This document shows positions 57,601-64,000 of a DNA stretch of 64,000 nucleotides, in pieces. Origin of the DNA: the human T2T-CHM13v2.0 reference genome, Homo sapiens. The stretch is from the NCBI RefSeq assembly GCF_009914755.1, contig NC_060941.1; one strand, written 5' to 3'. Numbering within the stretch: position 1 is the first letter of the stretch; every line of letters begins with the position of its first letter. Below the pieces are notes generated by a model that was not told where the DNA came from, made no database searches, and worked only from the letters and a program-made list of their open reading frames with translations. A program made the translations under genes and the position numbers.

Positions 57601-58363
57601 GCTGTCTGAGCCGCTAAGTCAGGAGCAGGGAACTTCCAGGGTGGCTGTCAAGGCCAGAAAAAAGGACTCTCCTCCAAATAACTGCTGGTTTCCAAAAGAA
57701 TCTAGGAATCTCTGCAGTTAGAAGAAAAATAATCAGCACTCATTAGGATTTTTTAAACTTTGAAGGCAGGCAGCCTCATCCCTAGAGAGGAGGATGTAGT
57801 AAGGCTGTTAGATTTCTCAGGAAAATTATGTATTTTCACTCTCTCCACCAAGAACCGACGCTGACATGATTTGGCTTGCCATCTCGCTTTGTGGGGCTGA
57901 GGTTTTTCTGATTCACTGACTTTCATAGGGCGTAGTCATGCAGGGGTTCCACCTGAGTATAGAAGGGGTTTTTGCTCCAGCTCCCCATCTTGTTTGCACC
58001 CCGGGCTTTGTCCTTTGCGTCTGCTGAGAACTCTACTGGAGATTGGCAGATGGGTGCCTTGTGAACCATTGTTTCTTTATTGCTGCTTGAGTCTTTAGAT
58101 CTTATTTGGTTTTGAGCCTTTGAGGATTTCTCATGCTTTCTTGAAAGTGTAGGCACAAATGTTAAAATATTTTTAATATCTAGCATTTTTAGGTATTTTG
58201 TTATGAGAAAGGTTTTCAGGATATTGAGTACAGTGCTGTGCAAAAAATACAAATTCTATATAGCATTTTTTAAATTGAGGCAAAAAATTAACCATTATTT
58301 TAAATTATCACATAAAATTAACCATTTTAAAGGGTACAATTAAGTGGCATTTATATACATTCA

Positions 58364-58662
<299 letters not shown>

Positions 58663-58682
58663 ATATACATTCATTGTAACTA

Positions 58683-59739
<1,057 letters not shown>

Positions 59740-60293
59740 TATTTCCTCTATTTAATTCCAATACATTTTCATTACCCCAAAAGGAAACCCCATGCTCATT
59801 AAGCAGCCTCTCCTTTCTGCCTTTCATCAGTTCCAGATAACCACCAATCTGGTTCTGTGTCTGTGGATTTACCTGTTCTGGACATTTCATATAGGTGGAA
59901 TCACATAATATATGACTTTTTGTGTTTAGCATCTTTCACTTAGTGTTTTTGAGGTTCATCCATGTTGTAGCATGTATCAGAATTTTATTACTTTAATGGC
60001 CTAATATTTCATTGTATATCCCACGTTTTATATATCAGTTCATTAATAGACATTTAGGTTGTTTCCACCTTTGGCTATTGTGACTAATGCTGCTATGAAC
60101 ATTCACATACAGGTTTTTCTTTGAATACCTGTGTTCACTTCTTTTGAGTATCAACCTAAGAGTAGAATTGCTGGGTCGTATAGTAACTTTAACTTTTTGA
60201 GGAATTGTCAAAATGTTTTGCACAATGGCTGCACCATTGTATATTCTGTTAGCGGTATGCAGTACTACTAGGATTCCAGATTCTCCACAATGA

Positions 60294-60732
<439 letters not shown>

Positions 60733-60740
60733 TAAAAGGT

Positions 60741-60919
60741 AATTAGCCAGGCATGGTGGCAGGTGCCTGTAATCCCAGCTACTCAGGAGGTTGAGGCAGT
60801 GAGCTGCCTGGGAGCTTGAACCTGGGAGGTGGAGGTTGCAGTGAGCTAAGATTGCACCACCGTACTCCAGCCTGGCGATACTACTTGTCAAAAAATAAAA
60901 TAAAATAAATAAAATAAAA
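60741..60919 (+). mobile_element. Alu right monomer, intron 7
   Basis: aattagccaggcatggtggcaggtgcctgtaatccc... with (AAAAT)n tail. Confidence 0.87.
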
Positions 60920-61161
60920 TGTAAACCAGATCGTGTTGTTCCTTGCTGGAAACCCTCCATTGGCTTCCCATTATAGTTGGAGTAAAACTAGACCTCTCTA
61001 GTCTGGCCACAGAGCCCTTCTCGGTCGTCTTTAGCCTACTTCTGTTTCCGTGGCACGTGCTTGCTAACCTCCTTCCTATTCCTTGAGTGCACTGAGTTCA
61101 TTCTTGCTGGGGAGTTGTTTCATCCCTGACTCTTATGCTTCCCTGTCTTCAAATGGCCAGC

Positions 61162-61571
<410 letters not shown>

Positions 61572-61982
61572 TAGAATGGAAATGCCAAAAGGCTTGTCTT
61601 GTTCATTACCAGGTTCTGGCTCCCAGATTAGTGCCTAACATGATGTAATCATTCAGTAAAAACAGGCTTAATGAATCAATAGCTTTCTTCCCCTGGATTT
61701 TATGTGACTTAAAATTCAAATCTGTATTCTTGGTATGAGATGGGGACTTTACCTTCATTTATTTTTTCAATTTGATGGCTGGTTGTCCAAATAACATCCA
61801 TTAACAATTCACGCCTTCTCCAATGGTTTTAAATGCCCCTTTATCACATACGGTATATTCTAATTCAGGGTTGTCTTCTAGAGGCTATTCTCGAGGCTAT
61901 TCTCGTCCCTTGACCTATTTGTGCCTAACTTGGCATCATACTATTTTCATTACTCTAAAGATGTGTTTTTATGCTTTCTAGG

Positions 61983-62420
61983 GTATATTAGCAAAGAGAT
62001 GACATACTTCATTTGGGTAATTTGAAGAAAGCTTAATCAAAATACTGTTTATTTAGTAAGATGTTATAAAGTTCAGGGAAACTACAAGGGCTTGATCGCT
62101 ACCCTGGATTATTAACTAATATCCCTAGAATTACATAGACAAGAAGAGGGCACTTTTGCCAGAACCTAGAGGAAAGAATAATGTGGGGAGGGCAGACTTG
62201 AAAGCAGGGGTGCCTTTGGTGGAAGGAGTGGAAAGAATAAATATCCAGACCTCATTCTCCTTCCTTCCTCCTGTTTCCTGCCAGCCAGCATGCCTGTTGG
62301 CTGAACACAGAAGCAAGAAGACAGGGGATCTGGCGATGTGATCCCTACAAGCCAGGCCCCAGGGCACAGAGTTAAGGCAGAAAGTATGGACAGTGGATCT
62401 GGAGGGCCAAGGAAAGTTCT
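61983..62420. mobile_element. Old MLT1-type MaLR LTR remnant
   Basis: cagggcacagagttaaggcagaaagtatggacagtggatctggagggc; ctgttggctgaac. Confidence 0.55.
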
Positions 62421-62529
62421 CCAGCAGAAAGGAAGAGCCTCCACTCAAAAATTTCTTGGCTGCTCTTGCACATATACTTCACCAGTGACCACAGTCTTAT
62501 AGTATCAGTTTATTATAAAACCATCCTGA

Positions 62530-62837
62530 GGCCAGATGCGATGGAGCACGCCTGTAATCTCAGCACTTTGGGAGGCCAAGGTGGGCAGATCACCTGAGGT
62601 CAGGAGTTCGAGACCAGCCTGGCCAACATGGTGAAACCCCGTCTCTACTAAAAATACAAATATCAGCTGGGCGTGGTGGCACGCTCCTATAGTCGCAGTC
62701 ACTCAGGAGGTTGAGGCATGAGAATCGCTTGAACCCGGGAGGCAAAGTTGCAGTGAGCTGAGATGGCACCACTGCACTCCAGCCTGGGTGACAGATCGAG
62801 ACTCCCTCTCAAACAAAAAACAACAACAACAAAAAAA
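62530..62837 (+). mobile_element. Alu (AluSx-like), intron 7
   Basis: Full forward Alu with (CAA)n tail. Confidence 0.9.
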
Positions 62838-64000
62838 GCAGCCTGTATACTTGGAAGTTCTTCCTGTTTTGGCTGTTTATACTTACCTTCTAGTAACTGT
62901 TCTGTTTCTTTGGAACCTATTCCTTGTCTGTTTTCTTTCATTTGAAATCCAGTATATTTACTTGGAATCCCCTTTCTGTTCCACCAACCCACACTGAACA
63001 ATTAGATCCTGAAGCCCTACTAACTAAGAGGGTCTTGCTCTTTGTTAGACTCTTAGGCAGTAAAACCATTTTGTGCAGTAGACACATTTCCCCACCACTG
63101 TGTTGCTTGTAAACTTTGAACTTTTCATTAGGGATGAGGACTGGATTTTCTTTAGTTTTCTGAAGTGGAACGTGATGATTCTGAGACTCTATCCAGTCTA
63201 ACAAGTGTTGTGATGAGTTAAAGGCAGCCACCTTGGCCATAGGAATGAAGAGTTGCAACATGTGTTTTGTGTATTTGCTTTCTTGGTGTTATGTACTCAG
63301 CTTTGGGCCACCTTCCTCTTATCTTGAATAGCTGACTTGTCCTGGTACCTCCCACTTTAATCTTTTTGTTTGTTTGTTTGTTTGTTTTTGCCTAGCACCA
63401 GTAAGACAAGAAGAGAATGCTCTAGTATTTAGAATAAAGGGAGCTCAGATTTTGAAATGACAACTACAGAAAGCCTTACTCTAACTTACTGGAGAAATTT
63501 AAAATCAAGGGAATCTGAAATTTGATCCTATGAGGATTGTAACCAGTTGAAAAAAAAAAAAAATCCTGAGAATAGGAAAAAGAAAGCCATCCTCCCAGAC
63601 CATTCTTGTCTTTACCATTCAGAAATGTGTAAGATATTAAGAGTAGAAAGGACTGTCAGCATCTTTGAGTCCATCTCCCTTTCTTTGCAGTTGAGGCTGC
63701 ATATGCAGAAAGAATAATTGCCCACACCATGACAAGTGGTGGAGCTGGAAGGAGAACTTCTTTCTCATGAGCTTATGTTCTATCCATTAGACCAACTAGT
63801 TTCTCATTTTGAACCCAGGACTGATTTTCTAGTATACCTGGCTAACCTATTGTGTTTTCATGTGGGTACGTGAGGCAATTTCAAGGCAGCAACCAAGTCC
63901 TGTACTATTTGCAGACACTGTTTTGTTGGAAAGAAGAGTTGGAAGGACTTTAATATGTTAATGCTTTTCTTAAGGATTATGCTGACAATTTGTCATTTGA

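Overview
Primate, most likely human, genomic DNA. Bases 1 to ~36,700 are repeat-rich intergenic sequence. A CpG-island promoter follows (~37.3-38.1 kb), then coding exons 1-7 of TOM1L1 on the + strand (TOM1-family adaptor). The exons splice at GT-AG junctions into one 720-nt frame of 240 aa: VHS domain, a PTAP-containing linker and the start of the GAT domain. Intron 7 runs off the end of the window. Repeats include ~35 Alu elements or fragments, a full-length THE1A MaLR element, an MLT2A1 solo LTR, an inverted pair of Tigger3b-type transposons, Tigger2a, Kanga/Tc2, MER5/58/63/94, L1, L2 and MIR. Most ORFs in the supplied track are repeat-derived or chance ORFs. I found no evidence of a novel protein-coding or multi-gene system. 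The best leads are two sense-strand LTRs with intact splice donors upstream of TOM1L1 and four consecutive phase-0 exons bracketed by inverted Alus (circRNA potential). Also notable are an inverted E-box pair in the promoter, a twin-primed ancient L1, and several nested insertions and template-switch scars. Repeat subfamily names come from recalled consensus sequences, not a database search, and boundaries of old repeats are approximate.
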